From the NCBI GenBank assembly GCA_009780375.1, contig WRAD01000004.1:1-48303 (forward strand): a stretch of DNA of 48,303 nt, written 5' to 3'. Below, piece by piece: positions 1 to 10,187 of the stretch. Made by a program: the position numbers and the translations under genes. Origin of the DNA: Bacillota bacterium. GTDB lineage: Bacteria > Bacillota > Clostridia > Christensenellales > UBA1242. The notes below the pieces were generated by a model. That model made no database searches and was not told where the DNA came from. It saw only the letters and a list, made by a program, of their open reading frames with translations. How positions within the stretch are numbered: position 1 is the stretch's first letter; each line of letters opens with the position of its first letter.

Positions 1-108
1 AAATACTGTCGTATTCCCGTTAAACACAAATCACCATTTCCAAATCCGAAACTCCGCAAATTTCGTTATCCTAATCGTTCAATCATTCACTTTGTTCAAA
101 GACACTAG
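1..108 (+). CDS. possible 3' end of an upstream gene (partial)
   Basis: Frame 1 is open from base 1 to TAG at 106-108 (KYCRIPVKHK...FVQRH*); no recognisable motif. Confidence 0.3.
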   Translation, partial: KYCRIPVKHKSPFPNPKLRKFRYPNRSIIHFVQRH

Positions 109-135
109 TTGGGCACTCCTGTATTGCATATGTAC

Positions 136-165
136 TTGCATGATTAGGTTAATTTGTGGTATCCT
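136..165 (+). promoter_or_regulatory. sigma-A type promoter, probably leaderless transcript
   Basis: TTGCAT (136-141), 18 nt, TGgTATCCT (-10 at 160-165), 8 nt before ATG 174; no SD. Confidence 0.5.
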
Positions 166-173
166 AATCAGAT

Positions 174-3100
174 ATGATATACAGAAGATATAGAGGTGTC
201 TTGGCATTTGGTATTGCGATGGTATTCATGCTTGCAAGTATGCCTTTTGTGCTTGGGTTTATCACTTCCCCAATTTCACGGGTTCTTGCAAATTCTTCAA
301 GTGATTTTTATCATACTGCCCCATCACAGAATGTTAATCCGTTCTCAAGTGCATTGCTTGACATTTCAAATTCGGACTTTACCGAAACAACCACAAATCA
401 TTTTACCGAAGGTGTTGCAAATTGGTCGACCGTTACAAATTCCGAAGGCGAACTTGTAAATTCGGGACCAGCACTTGCGGGTACACTTAATACCTTTGGA
501 TTTGAAACATTCAGAGAACAAAATAATCTTACCGAAGTTCCTTTTATGACATATAACCCTAATTTACAAAATCCAAGCCTTGGTAATATTATGGCTATTG
601 CGAATCCAACGGTTGCAAGTCAATCTGTTGCAGGTTTTCAAAGTAATGAATTTAATTTTGCGGCAAACAGTTTTTTTGCAGTTGAAATCGGATTTTATGC
701 GGTACACAGTGTAAGTTCGGTTTACCTTTTACCATCAAATCCAGATGATTTGCCTCTTGGTATGCGTAATGATATTGAAATTAGACAAGTTGTTTTTCAA
801 ACAGGTGATAACAGTAATCTTGAAATCGCAAGTAACAGAAGTCAATGGAGAACGGCGACATTCTTTGTGAGAACCTGTCCAATGCAAGATTTGAATATGC
901 GTATAGGTTTGTTTTTAGGTGCATTTGGTCGCCCAAGTGCCGGTGTAGTTTATTACGACAGTGTCCGTGTATATGAAATGAATGAACAACAATTTAATTC
1001 ACGCCGTAACAGTCGTTTGCAAGACAACAATCTTCGTGGATTTGTTCGTGATATGGATTTACGAGGACACACCGAGAGTCAACATTTTGCCCTTGTCCGT
1101 GATGGAGATAACCATCATAATATAAGCACTTCGAGTTTCAGTCCTGCTTTCGGAGACAGAAACAATGCACAACTTGAGATGCAAAGTCTTATGAGAACAA
1201 GTATTGGTACATCAAGTGTTGTAAATTTGCTTGGTTTTAATCAAAGCGAGGATAACCCCGTTTATCATTTTCACCCTCATACCCCAAATCTTGCAGGTAC
1301 AGGACAAAGAAACGTTATGTTAATGGCGACACGTAATAACCATGCAGAAATGCGAATGAATGGCACAGTTCGAATCGATAGGAATCTTATCTATATGGTT
1401 ACTTTCTATTCCATATCAAGTGGTGGTGTTGGCTCGTTCAGGATTCAAGACACGCGCATAAATGACAATAACCTTGGTGATCACATTAATCCTTTTACAA
1501 CAGGAACGGTTGGTATTATGGAAGAAGGTCCTATGGCATCAAGAAATAATTGGGTTCGAAATACAATATTTCTTCGCGGTGAGGCATTTAATGACGTTAA
1601 TATAGAATTTGCGTTTTTCCTTGGCTCGGAAGATGCACCTGTTACCGCAGGTTGGATTGCTATTGATGATTTTTCTATACGTCGTGTAAGTCAAGAATTT
1701 TATAGTGAACACAACGAGGCTACAAATGTTCAAAGTTTTGATATGGGATTTCAGGAACCTACCCCTAATATTGCGAACTCGTTTTTTAACTTGGGAAATC
1801 CAAGAAGTGCGGATAATCCATTCCCTCTTGTTGCAAGAGACTGGATACATTCATATGAAAACGAAGCATATACACGAAGTGGGATTGTTAATACACAACA
1901 GGCACATTGGAACAGATATGCACGTAACATAAGTGCAGGTCAACTAGGACGTCCTGATGCACATCGTATAGGAAGTAACTATGGCATGGCTGTTTCACCA
2001 GGGTCAATTAATGGACAAAGTATCAATAATAACGTTTTCATGCTACAGAACACAAGACAAACTCATCAACGCATACAAAGTAACCCATTTCAATTGGGTT
2101 CTGGAATTCATACTGTCATTTCATTTGATGTGCGTACTCAAAGAATTGAAAATCGCGATATGAATTTTTATGCAACAATCATGATGGGCGAGCGTGAACT
2201 TCGTCGTATAAACCTCAGTAATCTTAATCCAACACGTTGGCATAGTTTCAGTTTTGCTGTTCTACCACCTGCGATAATCAATTCTGATGCACCACCTGAA
2301 GTAAGTATTGCTTTTGTAATGGGCACAGAACATACTCCAAGTGCGGCGGCCGTTGCCTTTATTGATAATGTAATTGCAGAAGAAATTGCGGACTTTAATA
2401 CTAATCAATCTGGTGTGACTTTTATTGATATGCGTAATATTGCTGGGTTCTCGAATCCTGATGGATCCGCCATGTTTTTCTCTGTAGGAGATGGCATGAG
2501 ATCAAATGTTATTCAATCGGGTAATTTTGCAGGACATATTGAGATTGAATCTATTGGTTTTAGAAATGGTGCGACCGTATCTACGTTGTTTGACACTCAT
2601 GTTCAAAGTGGTATTTTCTATGAATACACGGTTACTCTTTCTATTGGCAATTTGATGCGTTCACGTGCGGCAGAACCAGAACGTGACCTAGAAACCGGTG
2701 CATTGCTTAATAATCGCCCAAGTGACGCGGACTTTGGTATTAATTTTGGGTTCTACAACTTTGAAGGTGGGCTTGAAAACATTCAGCCTTTGCATACCAA
2801 TAGATTGAATCCTGATCGCGATGGTTTCGTTGATTTAAGATTTTTTGTAAGAACAGACGTTTCACAGGACCTTACATTTGAAATTACATTCGGAAATAGA
2901 TGGTATTTTGTTGAAGGATTTATTGTCGTTCGTTCAATTAATGTACGCGAAATTGACGAAGGCGATTGGCGTACGGCATATAACGATGTACGTGAAGCAC
3001 GTGAAGCAGGCGAAATGACAAATATGGCTATTGTTACCGAACGTGGGTATGTTCATACACCAGACGATAGGCCTGAGGGTGGCGGAAGAGGCATTGGAGA

Positions 3101-3323
3101 ACTTAGTATGTTTATCATACCTTCGGTTATTATGGGTGTTGCCCTCATATTTGCAATTGTCATGATATGTATCCGTAAAGTAAAAATTAAACGTCGAGTA
3201 GCATATGGTGCAGCAAGTTATGCCAAAGATGATGCTGGGATTGGTGGTTCTGAGGCTTTGGTTGCAAAGCGTCTAAACTTGAAGGCAAAACCTATATCTC
3301 CGACCGAAGATGAAATTCTATAA
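174..3323 (+). CDS. large membrane-anchored surface protein with about four CBM/galactose-binding-like beta-sandwich repeats
   Basis: N-terminal hydrophobic signal; recurring W..(T/S)FF...(I/F).F.LG.....G....D.V.V motif; C-terminal TM helix (FIIPSVIMGVALIFAIVMICI) plus basic residues and a short cytoplasmic tail. Confidence 0.75.
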   Translation: MIYRRYRGVLAFGIAMVFMLASMPFVLGFITSPISRVLANSSSDFYHTAPSQNVNPFSSALLDISNSDFTETTTNHFTEGVANWSTVTNSEGELVNSGPALAGTLNTFGFETFREQNNLTEVPFMTYNPNLQNPSLGNIMAIANPTVASQSVAGFQSNEFNFAANSFFAVEIGFYAVHSVSSVYLLPSNPDDLPLGMRNDIEIRQVVFQTGDNSNLEIASNRSQWRTATFFVRTCPMQDLNMRIGLFLGAFGRPSAGVVYYDSVRVYEMNEQQFNSRRNSRLQDNNLRGFVRDMDLRGHTESQHFALVRDGDNHHNISTSSFSPAFGDRNNAQLEMQSLMRTSIGTSSVVNLLGFNQSEDNPVYHFHPHTPNLAGTGQRNVMLMATRNNHAEMRMNGTVRIDRNLIYMVTFYSISSGGVGSFRIQDTRINDNNLGDHINPFTTGTVGIMEEGPMASRNNWVRNTIFLRGEAFNDVNIEFAFFLGSEDAPVTAGWIAIDDFSIRRVSQEFYSEHNEATNVQSFDMGFQEPTPNIANSFFNLGNPRSADNPFPLVARDWIHSYENEAYTRSGIVNTQQAHWNRYARNISAGQLGRPDAHRIGSNYGMAVSPGSINGQSINNNVFMLQNTRQTHQRIQSNPFQLGSGIHTVISFDVRTQRIENRDMNFYATIMMGERELRRINLSNLNPTRWHSFSFAVLPPAIINSDAPPEVSIAFVMGTEHTPSAAAVAFIDNVIAEEIADFNTNQSGVTFIDMRNIAGFSNPDGSAMFFSVGDGMRSNVIQSGNFAGHIEIESIGFRNGATVSTLFDTHVQSGIFYEYTVTLSIGNLMRSRAAEPERDLETGALLNNRPSDADFGINFGFYNFEGGLENIQPLHTNRLNPDRDGFVDLRFFVRTDVSQDLTFEITFGNRWYFVEGFIVVRSINVREIDEGDWRTAYNDVREAREAGEMTNMAIVTERGYVHTPDDRPEGGGRGIGELSMFIIPSVIMGVALIFAIVMICIRKVKIKRRVAYGAASYAKDDAGIGGSEALVAKRLNLKAKPISPTEDEIL

Positions 3324-3407
3324 TATTATGTTTTACCAGTTTTGCTTTGTAGGTGTTACTTATGAAAACAGTTTGGGTAATTTCGTCTCTATTGGTATAC
3401 TGGAAAT

Positions 3408-3926
3408 GTGAAGAAAAAATTTATTCTTGTTGTTTTGGGTTTAATTCTTTTGACTGGTGCAGGCATCGCAATTTATTTTGCGGTCAGTGGCGGTCCTGGG
3501 CGAAATACACTTCGATATGGAAATCCATATATTCTATACCAGATGCGTCACAATATGTTCTTTGATAGTGGTGGTAATGAATTGAACATGCAACTTGACG
3601 GAGCAAGAAATTCTTTCGCGGTTTTTGATGAAAATTTTACAAGTCTTACTTTTAACTTTGCCACCCTTGCTTCGCCGATAAATCATACTGTAAATTTTGT
3701 AATTACAAATTCGCGTTTAAACGGTACCACTTTTCGTGCAACAATGAACGCAATAATCGGAGGCGAGCTTGTTTGGTTTAATCTAAGAACCTCTGCTGAT
3801 CTTATTACTATTCGCACTTCCCCATCACAAACGGTTGTGAATGAAGGAGAGGTCCATAACTCTAGAAATGACAGTGTCATTGCTCTTGTATTCAGACGAA
3901 GTTATTATAGCGGAGGTAATGGATGA
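3408..3926 (+). CDS. hypothetical protein, N-terminal membrane anchor, beta-rich
   Basis: GTG start 6 nt after TGgTATACT; MKKK plus hydrophobic helix; ATGA overlap with next gene. Confidence 0.75.
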   Translation: MKKKFILVVLGLILLTGAGIAIYFAVSGGPGRNTLRYGNPYILYQMRHNMFFDSGGNELNMQLDGARNSFAVFDENFTSLTFNFATLASPINHTVNFVITNSRLNGTTFRATMNAIIGGELVWFNLRTSADLITIRTSPSQTVVNEGEVHNSRNDSVIALVFRRSYYSGGNG

Positions 3927-4384
3927 TGACGCGACGCAAAAAGTTCTTTCTGTGGTTATTTGTTTTAATTTTAATTGGGGTAGGCATTTGGCTTGTTGTT
4001 CACTTTACTACAAGACCAAATAGAGACTATAATGTGGTTGGGTTAGGTTCTGATAACATTGGAAATTTTACTGTTTCACAGTTTTCACAAAGCCGATTAC
4101 AACTTCATACCAGTGGTGCGTTTAATCTAGAAATTATTGTAAACTTAGATGAAAATTTATACAGAACAATTTTTGTGGCAACCGGATATTTTGAACGAGC
4201 ACGCAGGCAAATTACCTTTAGTTTTGTTGACGCATGGATGTATGTTGTCGGGCAAGGCACGGTTCGCGATGGAACAGGCGGATTTGAGCAGCGATATATC
4301 GGAGAATCTCATATTTTTAATATTTCAAGCAGTGGTATTATTTTTTATGACCACGATGGGCAACGATATTATTTGCGAAGATAG
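3923..4384 (+). CDS. hypothetical protein, N-terminal membrane anchor, beta-rich
   Basis: GGAGG SD upstream, ATGA coupling, RRKK plus TM helix; abuts convergent suhB stop. Confidence 0.75.
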   Translation: MMTRRKKFFLWLFVLILIGVGIWLVVHFTTRPNRDYNVVGLGSDNIGNFTVSQFSQSRLQLHTSGAFNLEIIVNLDENLYRTIFVATGYFERARRQITFSFVDAWMYVVGQGTVRDGTGGFEQRYIGESHIFNISSSGIIFYDHDGQRYYLRR

Positions 4385-5215
4385 TCAATTATCTGTTAAT
4401 CTGGCATTCTTCAGTAAAAGTTTGCCAAGTTCCTTTGTATTTGTTGCTATGTGTGCACCCTTTTTATTGATTATATAACCTCCGGCTTGTTGTATAAGAT
4501 ATTGTCCAGGAAGGTAATCCCAAATATTATCTTTACGGAGAATACTTCCCCCAAGCCTTCCGCATGCGGTCCATGCGGAATTAACCGCAGTACAGCAAAT
4601 ATACCGCCAGTGACGGGTTAAGTCATTCATTCGTGTTAATGCCGGAAATTTGTTACCGCCTTCAACAAGATATATTGCACGATCACAGGGAGTATCACTC
4701 ACCGAAATTTTTTTGGATTCTTTGATTATTTGCTTTGTCCAAAATTCATATTGAGGTATAGTCTCTATTTGCTCTTGGTAAGTCCTTTTCAAAGCTTTTG
4801 GTCTAACATTTGTCATGTATGCCCCACTTTGATTTGCATAAAAAATTTCAAAAAGTTTTGGTAAATATATTACTGAGCAAACTACCTTTCCTTTTTTCAC
4901 CATCGCAACCTGGATGCCAAACAAAGGAAGACCATGTGCAAAGTTAATAGTGCCATCAAGCGGATCAATGATAAAACAATTATCGGTAAGTTTATTTGTT
5001 GGATTAAATTCTTCACTTATAATATCAAAATTTTTGTATTTTTCTTTAATTTTATCTATGATAAAACGTTCAATTTCAAAATCGAAACTTGTTACAAGAT
5101 CACCATTTGCGTCTTTTACCGCAATGAAGAAATCATCATTAATCATTTCGGCGGCCTCAAGGGCACATGCTATTAAAAATTCTGTGTCTTGTTGTGATAC
5201 TTGTGATTTGGTCAT
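4385..5215 (-). CDS. suhB: inositol monophosphatase family protein (SuhB-like)
   Basis: DLVT..D, SEE, IIDPLDGTINFAHG and WD motifs. Confidence 0.85.
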   Translation of the reverse strand: MTKSQVSQQDTEFLIACALEAAEMINDDFFIAVKDANGDLVTSFDFEIERFIIDKIKEKYKNFDIISEEFNPTNKLTDNCFIIDPLDGTINFAHGLPLFGIQVAMVKKGKVVCSVIYLPKLFEIFYANQSGAYMTNVRPKALKRTYQEQIETIPQYEFWTKQIIKESKKISVSDTPCDRAIYLVEGGNKFPALTRMNDLTRHWRYICCTAVNSAWTACGRLGGSILRKDNIWDYLPGQYLIQQAGGYIINKKGAHIATNTKELGKLLLKNARLTDN

Positions 5216-5250
5216 GACTTGATATATGTAATTTTATTCATAAGTGATAA

Positions 5251-5371
5251 GGGAGTGTGGGAACAAAAGCACGCATACGGTGCGTTTCAGTCGAGATCCT
5301 AGCATAAAAAATTTAGCAGAAGACCAGTTCGCTCAAGCGAACCTTTATTCTTTTCCTTAATGTCCACGCAT
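5251..5371. other. structured intergenic element (candidate ncRNA or interspersed repeat)
   Basis: Closing stem GTGTGG/CCACGC enclosing hairpins ACGCA-tacgg-TGCGT and GTTCGC-tcaa-GCGAAC. Confidence 0.4.
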
Positions 5372-5391
5372 GTATAATTCCTAGATTGTAA

Positions 5392-5417
5392 AAAAGTTCC
5401 TGCACGGAGGAACTTTT
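5392..5417 (-). terminator. intrinsic terminator of the S10-spc-secY cluster
   Basis: AAAAGTTCCT-gcacgg-AGGAACTTTT directly after the secY stop, T-run on minus strand. Confidence 0.8.
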
Positions 5418-5425
5418 GTATTGTT

Positions 5426-6754
5426 TCATTTTAGAAAACCTTTGTATTGTTTCATAAGCATTTGTGCCTGGAGTTGCTTGTCAAATTCCAGAGCAACAGA
5501 AACCGTTATAAGGATACCGATAGAAGTGAACGCATTAGTCAAACCTTCACCTATACCAATAGCCATGAATATGAGAGATGGTATAAGTGCCATAAACATC
5601 AAGAACAACGCACCGAATAATGTTATTCGTCGATGTACCCTTTTAAGGTAAAGTTGGGTTGGCATGCCTGGCCTGAAACCAAGTATGAATCCACCGTTTT
5701 GTTGAATTTGTCTTGCAACGTCTTCTGGATTGAAACTCAGTGATGCATAAAAGTAACTGAAACCCAAGATTAGCAATGCTGTTAATACTATGTTTGCCCA
5801 CGAGCCTGCACCAAGGTTCTGAGCATACCACATATATGCACCACTTTGAGGGGCAACCATGCTCATGATAAGTTGTGGAAAATTTAGAAGTGCGAATGCG
5901 AATATTATAGGGATAACACCAACCGCATTAATTTTGATCGGGATGTTTGCCGACTGTCCGCCATACATTTTATTGCCTTTGATTTGCTTTGCATAGGTCA
6001 CAGGGATTCGACGTTCGGCAAGATCTACAAAAACAACCAAGAAGAAGACAAGTATAAGAAGCAATGCAAATACTATAAGCTCGACACCTGCGGTATTAAA
6101 ACTTGCAAGTCCATTTGCCATCGCACTTATGTTTTGATATACACCACCAATACCAGTTGATATGATACCTACAAAAATAAGCATACTCATACCATTACCT
6201 ACACCAAGTTCAGTAATTTTATCACCAATCCAAACGGTAAACATAGATCCAGCAACAAGTACTATGGTGATTACCATTCCTACAACGGCAACGTGAAGGT
6301 TTCCACCAAAAAGATTAGATTCAATGTGTCCAGCAGATCCAAGCGATGCAACGATTGCTATTGCTTGGGCAAGTGCCATAACAAGTGCGACATAACGAGT
6401 TATTACAGCCATTTTACGTCGCCCTTCATCACCTTGTTCACTTAGTCGCTTTAATGATGGGATTGCAACGGTCAAAAGCTGCATGACTATGGAACTTGTA
6501 ATATATGGACCAACACCAAGAGCAAGAATTGCCCCATTTGCAAGTGCACCACCTGCAAGACTGTTAAGTAATCCTAGGAAACCTGCCGCACCAACCCCCG
6601 AATCAGGATCAATAGTTGCACCGAACATCATTGGGTCAATACCAGGGATTGGAATGAATGCACCTAGCCTGTATACGAAAATAAGTGCGAGGGTTATTAA
6701 AACCTTTTTTCGCACATCTTTCATTTTCATGGCTTGAATCATTGTTTTGAACAT
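5426..6754 (-). CDS. secY: preprotein translocase subunit SecY
   Basis: RLGAFIPIPG, LGVGPYITSSI, GVGNGMS, GVIPIIFA, GFRPG motifs; last gene of spc cluster. Confidence 0.98.
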   Translation of the reverse strand: MFKTMIQAMKMKDVRKKVLITLALIFVYRLGAFIPIPGIDPMMFGATIDPDSGVGAAGFLGLLNSLAGGALANGAILALGVGPYITSSIVMQLLTVAIPSLKRLSEQGDEGRRKMAVITRYVALVMALAQAIAIVASLGSAGHIESNLFGGNLHVAVVGMVITIVLVAGSMFTVWIGDKITELGVGNGMSMLIFVGIISTGIGGVYQNISAMANGLASFNTAGVELIVFALLLILVFFLVVFVDLAERRIPVTYAKQIKGNKMYGGQSANIPIKINAVGVIPIIFAFALLNFPQLIMSMVAPQSGAYMWYAQNLGAGSWANIVLTALLILGFSYFYASLSFNPEDVARQIQQNGGFILGFRPGMPTQLYLKRVHRRITLFGALFLMFMALIPSLIFMAIGIGEGLTNAFTSIGILITVSVALEFDKQLQAQMLMKQYKGFLK

Positions 6755-6827
6755 AGTTCGAACTCCTAGTTTTGTATGGCATTTCCAGCGAGTGGCGGAG
6801 TGCCACCCCTCACACCAATTTTATAAA

Positions 6828-7346
6828 TTATTTCTTTGTCGCAGGTTTAGCAGTGCTTTTTGGTTTTACCGCAACTTTGAGTGTTTCTTCTTTTGGCGTG
6901 GCTATGAGTTGGACGACATTACCGCCTGCTTTTTCAATTTTTTCTTTTGCGGATGCGGTGAATTTCGTTGCTCTTACTGTCAAAGCAACAGTAAGTTCGC
7001 CATCGCCTAGAATTTTCAAACCATATGGTTCAATTTTTGAAAGAAGTCCAAAGTCTTTGAGGAATTCTGCGGTGATTTCTGTGCCTTTTTTGAATTGGTT
7101 AAGATCACCTACGTTAATTTGAGAGTATTCCTTTCTGAAATTATTGGTAAAACCACGCTTTGGCAAACGTCTGATTAATGGCATTTGTCCACCTTCAAAC
7201 CCAGGACGTACCCCGCCACCGCTTCTTGCCCATTGACCTTTGTGTCCTTTACCTGCGGTTTTTCCTTTACCACTTCCAATACCACGTCCAAGTCGCTTTG
7301 ATTTGGTTTTTGCCCCAGGATGTGGGTTAAGTTCATTAATTAACAT
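6828..7346 (-). CDS. rplO: 50S ribosomal protein uL15, with C-terminal basic extension
   Basis: [36 protein letters not shown]. Confidence 0.98.
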   Translation of the reverse strand: MLINELNPHPGAKTKSKRLGRGIGSGKGKTAGKGHKGQWARSGGGVRPGFEGGQMPLIRRLPKRGFTNNFRKEYSQINVGDLNQFKKGTEITAEFLKDFGLLSKIEPYGLKILGDGELTVALTVRATKFTASAKEKIEKAGGNVVQLIATPKEETLKVAVKPKSTAKPATKK

Positions 7347-7421
7347 TTTCGCTATCTCCTTTTATAACTCGCTTTCGCTTGCAGCATGTATACTTATCTG
7401 GTTCATATGCAACATGCAAAT

Positions 7422-7757
7422 TTAAATCTTTTCTACTTTCACCAAGTGTTCACTTAGGCGACACATTCCACGGATTGCAGGGTTATCTTTGTGAATTTTC
7501 GTATCACCGATTTTCTTAAGACCAAGTGCGGTAATCGTACGAATTTGACGTTTTGTACACCCTTGAAGACCACCAATCATTATCACTCTTATCTCGCCAT
7601 TGGTTACATATGGGGCTTTGCCAGCAGATTTTTTGGCAGATGTTACAGGTTTTTTTTCAACTTTAGCATCTGTTGTCTCCACCTTAGCCTTAACAGTGGT
7701 GGATTTTTTAACAGTAACCTTTGATGTTGAAGTAGTTTTCTTTGTTTCTTCGGACAT
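7422..7757 (-). CDS. rpmD: 50S ribosomal protein uL30, with about 50 aa N-terminal K/T-rich extension
   Basis: T..ALGLKKIG......DNPAIRGM core; GGAGG SD before the upstream ATG; synteny. Confidence 0.93.
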   Translation of the reverse strand: MSEETKKTTSTSKVTVKKSTTVKAKVETTDAKVEKKPVTSAKKSAGKAPYVTNGEIRVIMIGGLQGCTKRQIRTITALGLKKIGDTKIHKDNPAIRGMCRLSEHLVKVEKI

Positions 7758-7788
7758 TATGTTCCTCCTTGATTATGGACTTTTTATG

Positions 7789-7817
7789 ATTATAGCATAT
7801 AAATACAAGTTTATCAA
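7789..7817 (-). promoter_or_regulatory. internal sigma-A promoter for rpmD-rplO-secY
   Basis: Minus strand TTGATA, 17 nt, TGcTATAAT in the rpsE-rpmD spacer. Confidence 0.7.
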
Positions 7818-7832
7818 TTTACATATTTGACA

Positions 7833-8531
7833 TTAAAGTTTTTCTTTGCCACGTAAAAAAGCAATTTCTTCACGTGTACGTAATTGAGCAAGTGCATCCA
7901 TAGTTGCTTTTACCACGTTTGTAGAATTTGTAGAGCCATAGCATTTTGTTGTTATGTCTTTATAACCAGCAAGTTCAAGAACAGCTCTAACGGAAACACC
8001 TGCAACAAGACCATTACCTTCCTTTGCCGGAAGCATCTTAACTTTTGAAGTACCAAAACGACCAATAATCTCGTGTGGAATAGTTGTTCCACGAATTGGA
8101 ACGGTTTTAAATTGCTTCTTTGCATCTTGCTCTGCTTTACGAATAGCTTCGGTTACTTCACGAGCTTTTCCAGATCCTATCGCAACTTTACCTTGCTTGT
8201 CGCCTACGATAACAACCGCGTTGAAACGAAGAGTACGCCCACCTTTAACAACCTTTGTGATGCGGTTCACACCAATAAGTTTGCTTTGAAGTTCACCAAC
8301 GGCAAGTTCCTCTTTACGCTCGCGAGGCTTTGCTTTGTTGTACATCGCTTTTTTCATCGATTCCTTCGCATCTTCACGCATATCCTTTGAACTTGTGGAA
8401 AGAAGTTCGTTGGCCCCAACAAGTGTTGTTCCAGGTTTACCGTGTTCTAAAACACCGTCTACCCCGTCCGCGATTACTCGGTTTGTGATGTCTTCTACGA
8501 CTTCATTGATTTCTTTGTTTTCTTCGCTCAT
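7833..8531 (-). CDS. rpsE: 30S ribosomal protein uS5, with N-terminal extension
   Basis: VNRITKVVKGGR..RF...V.VGD, GTTIPHEI.G.FG; AGGAG SD. Confidence 0.98.
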   Translation of the reverse strand: MSEENKEINEVVEDITNRVIADGVDGVLEHGKPGTTLVGANELLSTSSKDMREDAKESMKKAMYNKAKPRERKEELAVGELQSKLIGVNRITKVVKGGRTLRFNAVVIVGDKQGKVAIGSGKAREVTEAIRKAEQDAKKQFKTVPIRGTTIPHEIIGRFGTSKVKMLPAKEGNGLVAGVSVRAVLELAGYKDITTKCYGSTNSTNVVKATMDALAQLRTREEIAFLRGKEKL

Positions 8532-8569
8532 GTTATCTCCTTAATCTGATTTATAGGTTAGGTATGCTT

Positions 8570-8935
8570 TTAGAATTTAAGACCTGCGGCACGTGCACCT
8601 TCTGCTATTTGAGCAATTCGACCGTGATATACGTAACCGTTTCTGTCAAAGACAACCTCTTTTACTTTCTTAGCCATTGCAAGTTTAGCAACTTGCTCTC
8701 CTATTATGAAAGCCGCCTCTTTCTTTGTTTTGCCTGCGACAAGTTTAGCAACACTTTCTTGTAAAGTATTGCTTGCAGCCAATGTTATTCCTTTATCGTC
8801 ATCTATGATTTGTGCATAAATATTACCAAGGCTTCGGTACACGCTTAGACGAGGGCGGGCGGCCGTTCCATGGATACCCGATGTACGTTTTGCTCTTTGG
8901 CGACGAGCTTTGTTTTTGTCTTCTTTGATTAACAT
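8570..8935 (-). CDS. rplR: 50S ribosomal protein uL18
   Basis: [32 protein letters not shown]. Confidence 0.98.
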   Translation of the reverse strand: MLIKEDKNKARRQRAKRTSGIHGTAARPRLSVYRSLGNIYAQIIDDDKGITLAASNTLQESVAKLVAGKTKKEAAFIIGEQVAKLAMAKKVKEVVFDRNGYVYHGRIAQIAEGARAAGLKF

Positions 8936-8999
8936 TATTGTGGTTCTCCTTCTGATTCAAGTATTTTTTTCTATCGAAATCTTTCTATTTTGTTAGATT

Positions 9000-9587
9000 T
9001 TATTTCTTTTTTGCACCTGATTTTGATTCTTTACGTTGAATGCGTTCAGTGCTGTAACGAATACCGTATAAGTGATATGGTTCAACCGGACGAAGATCAC
9101 GAATCTTTGATGCAACTGCACCTACACGTTCCTTTGATGCACCAATTACTTGGATAACTTGCCCTATACCATCACGACCAAGGTTAAGTGCGGAAATTTC
9201 CTGTGGGGTAAGAACTTTGAACTTGATACCCTCTTCGGCCTTGACTTCGCATGGGTGACTGTAACCAATATTTAGAAGAAGTCCATCCCCTTTCATTGCC
9301 GCTTTGTACCCAACACCATTCAAGATTACCGTTTTTGTAAATCCTTGCGATACACCAGTTATCATGTTTTGTATAAGACGGTTATAAAGACCATGTAATG
9401 CACGTGATTTTCCATCTTCTTTTGATCTTTCGACACGAACGGTTGCATTTTCAATAATCACACTTATTGGTGATTTAATTTCCTGTTTAAGTTCTCCTCC
9501 ACTGCCTTTTACCATACAAATGCCTTCGTTAAATTCGACAGTTACGCCTGCTGGGATTTGGATAATGGTTTTTCCGACTCTGCTCAT
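9000..9587 (-). CDS. rplF: 50S ribosomal protein uL6, with short internal insertion
   Basis: MSRVGK, ALHGL, GVGYKA, IGYSHP, R.VEPY..GI.Y. Confidence 0.97.
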   Translation of the reverse strand: MSRVGKTIIQIPAGVTVEFNEGICMVKGSGGELKQEIKSPISVIIENATVRVERSKEDGKSRALHGLYNRLIQNMITGVSQGFTKTVILNGVGYKAAMKGDGLLLNIGYSHPCEVKAEEGIKFKVLTPQEISALNLGRDGIGQVIQVIGASKERVGAVASKIRDLRPVEPYHLYGIRYSTERIQRKESKSGAKKK

Positions 9588-9660
9588 AGGTTTTCTCCTT
9601 TTTCTATGATGTACAATTCACAGTTCCAGTTTGTACGGACTGGGTCCAACTTTATGTTGT

Positions 9661-10095
9661 TTAGTAGATATATGCAAGTACTTCTCCGCCAAGGTTTGCA
9701 CTTCGTGCGGCACGATCAGTCATAATGCCTTTAGAAGTACTTATAACAGCGATACCCAAGCCAGACATAACACGTGGAAGCTCTTCGACTTTTGCGTAAA
9801 CACGCAAACCTGGTTTTGAGATACGGCGAAGTCCTTGGATAACACGTTGTTTGCCATCATGAAGTTTAAAATTAACTTTGATGAATGGACGACCGATGCT
9901 GTCTTCTATATTTTCAATACTGTCAATATAACCTTCCTCAATTAGAATCTTTGCGATTTCCGCCTTGATTTTTGAGTGAGGCACAAGGCAGTTCTCGTGA
10001 CGTGCCTGGATAGCATTACGAATACGGGTAAGCATATCCGCAATTGGGTCAGTTACGACTGTGTTTTTAGGCTTTTTGTTTTCATTGTTTTTCAT
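9661..10095 (-). CDS. rpsH: 30S ribosomal protein uS8
   Basis: [36 protein letters not shown]. Confidence 0.98.
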   Translation of the reverse strand: MKNNENKKPKNTVVTDPIADMLTRIRNAIQARHENCLVPHSKIKAEIAKILIEEGYIDSIENIEDSIGRPFIKVNFKLHDGKQRVIQGLRRISKPGLRVYAKVEELPRVMSGLGIAVISTSKGIMTDRAARSANLGGEVLAYIY

Positions 10096-10187
10096 TCAAG
10101 TAGCTCCTTTTTACTATGTAGCAGTGGTTAGCTTTTAATTTTTGCTTGTCATGGCTTTGTTGCCAGTGTGTTTTTCTTGGGTTTTTA

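Noticed and set aside
3353-3565. 70-aa ORF overlapping the 3408 gene
   Set aside because: Out-of-frame overlap with a better-supported gene.
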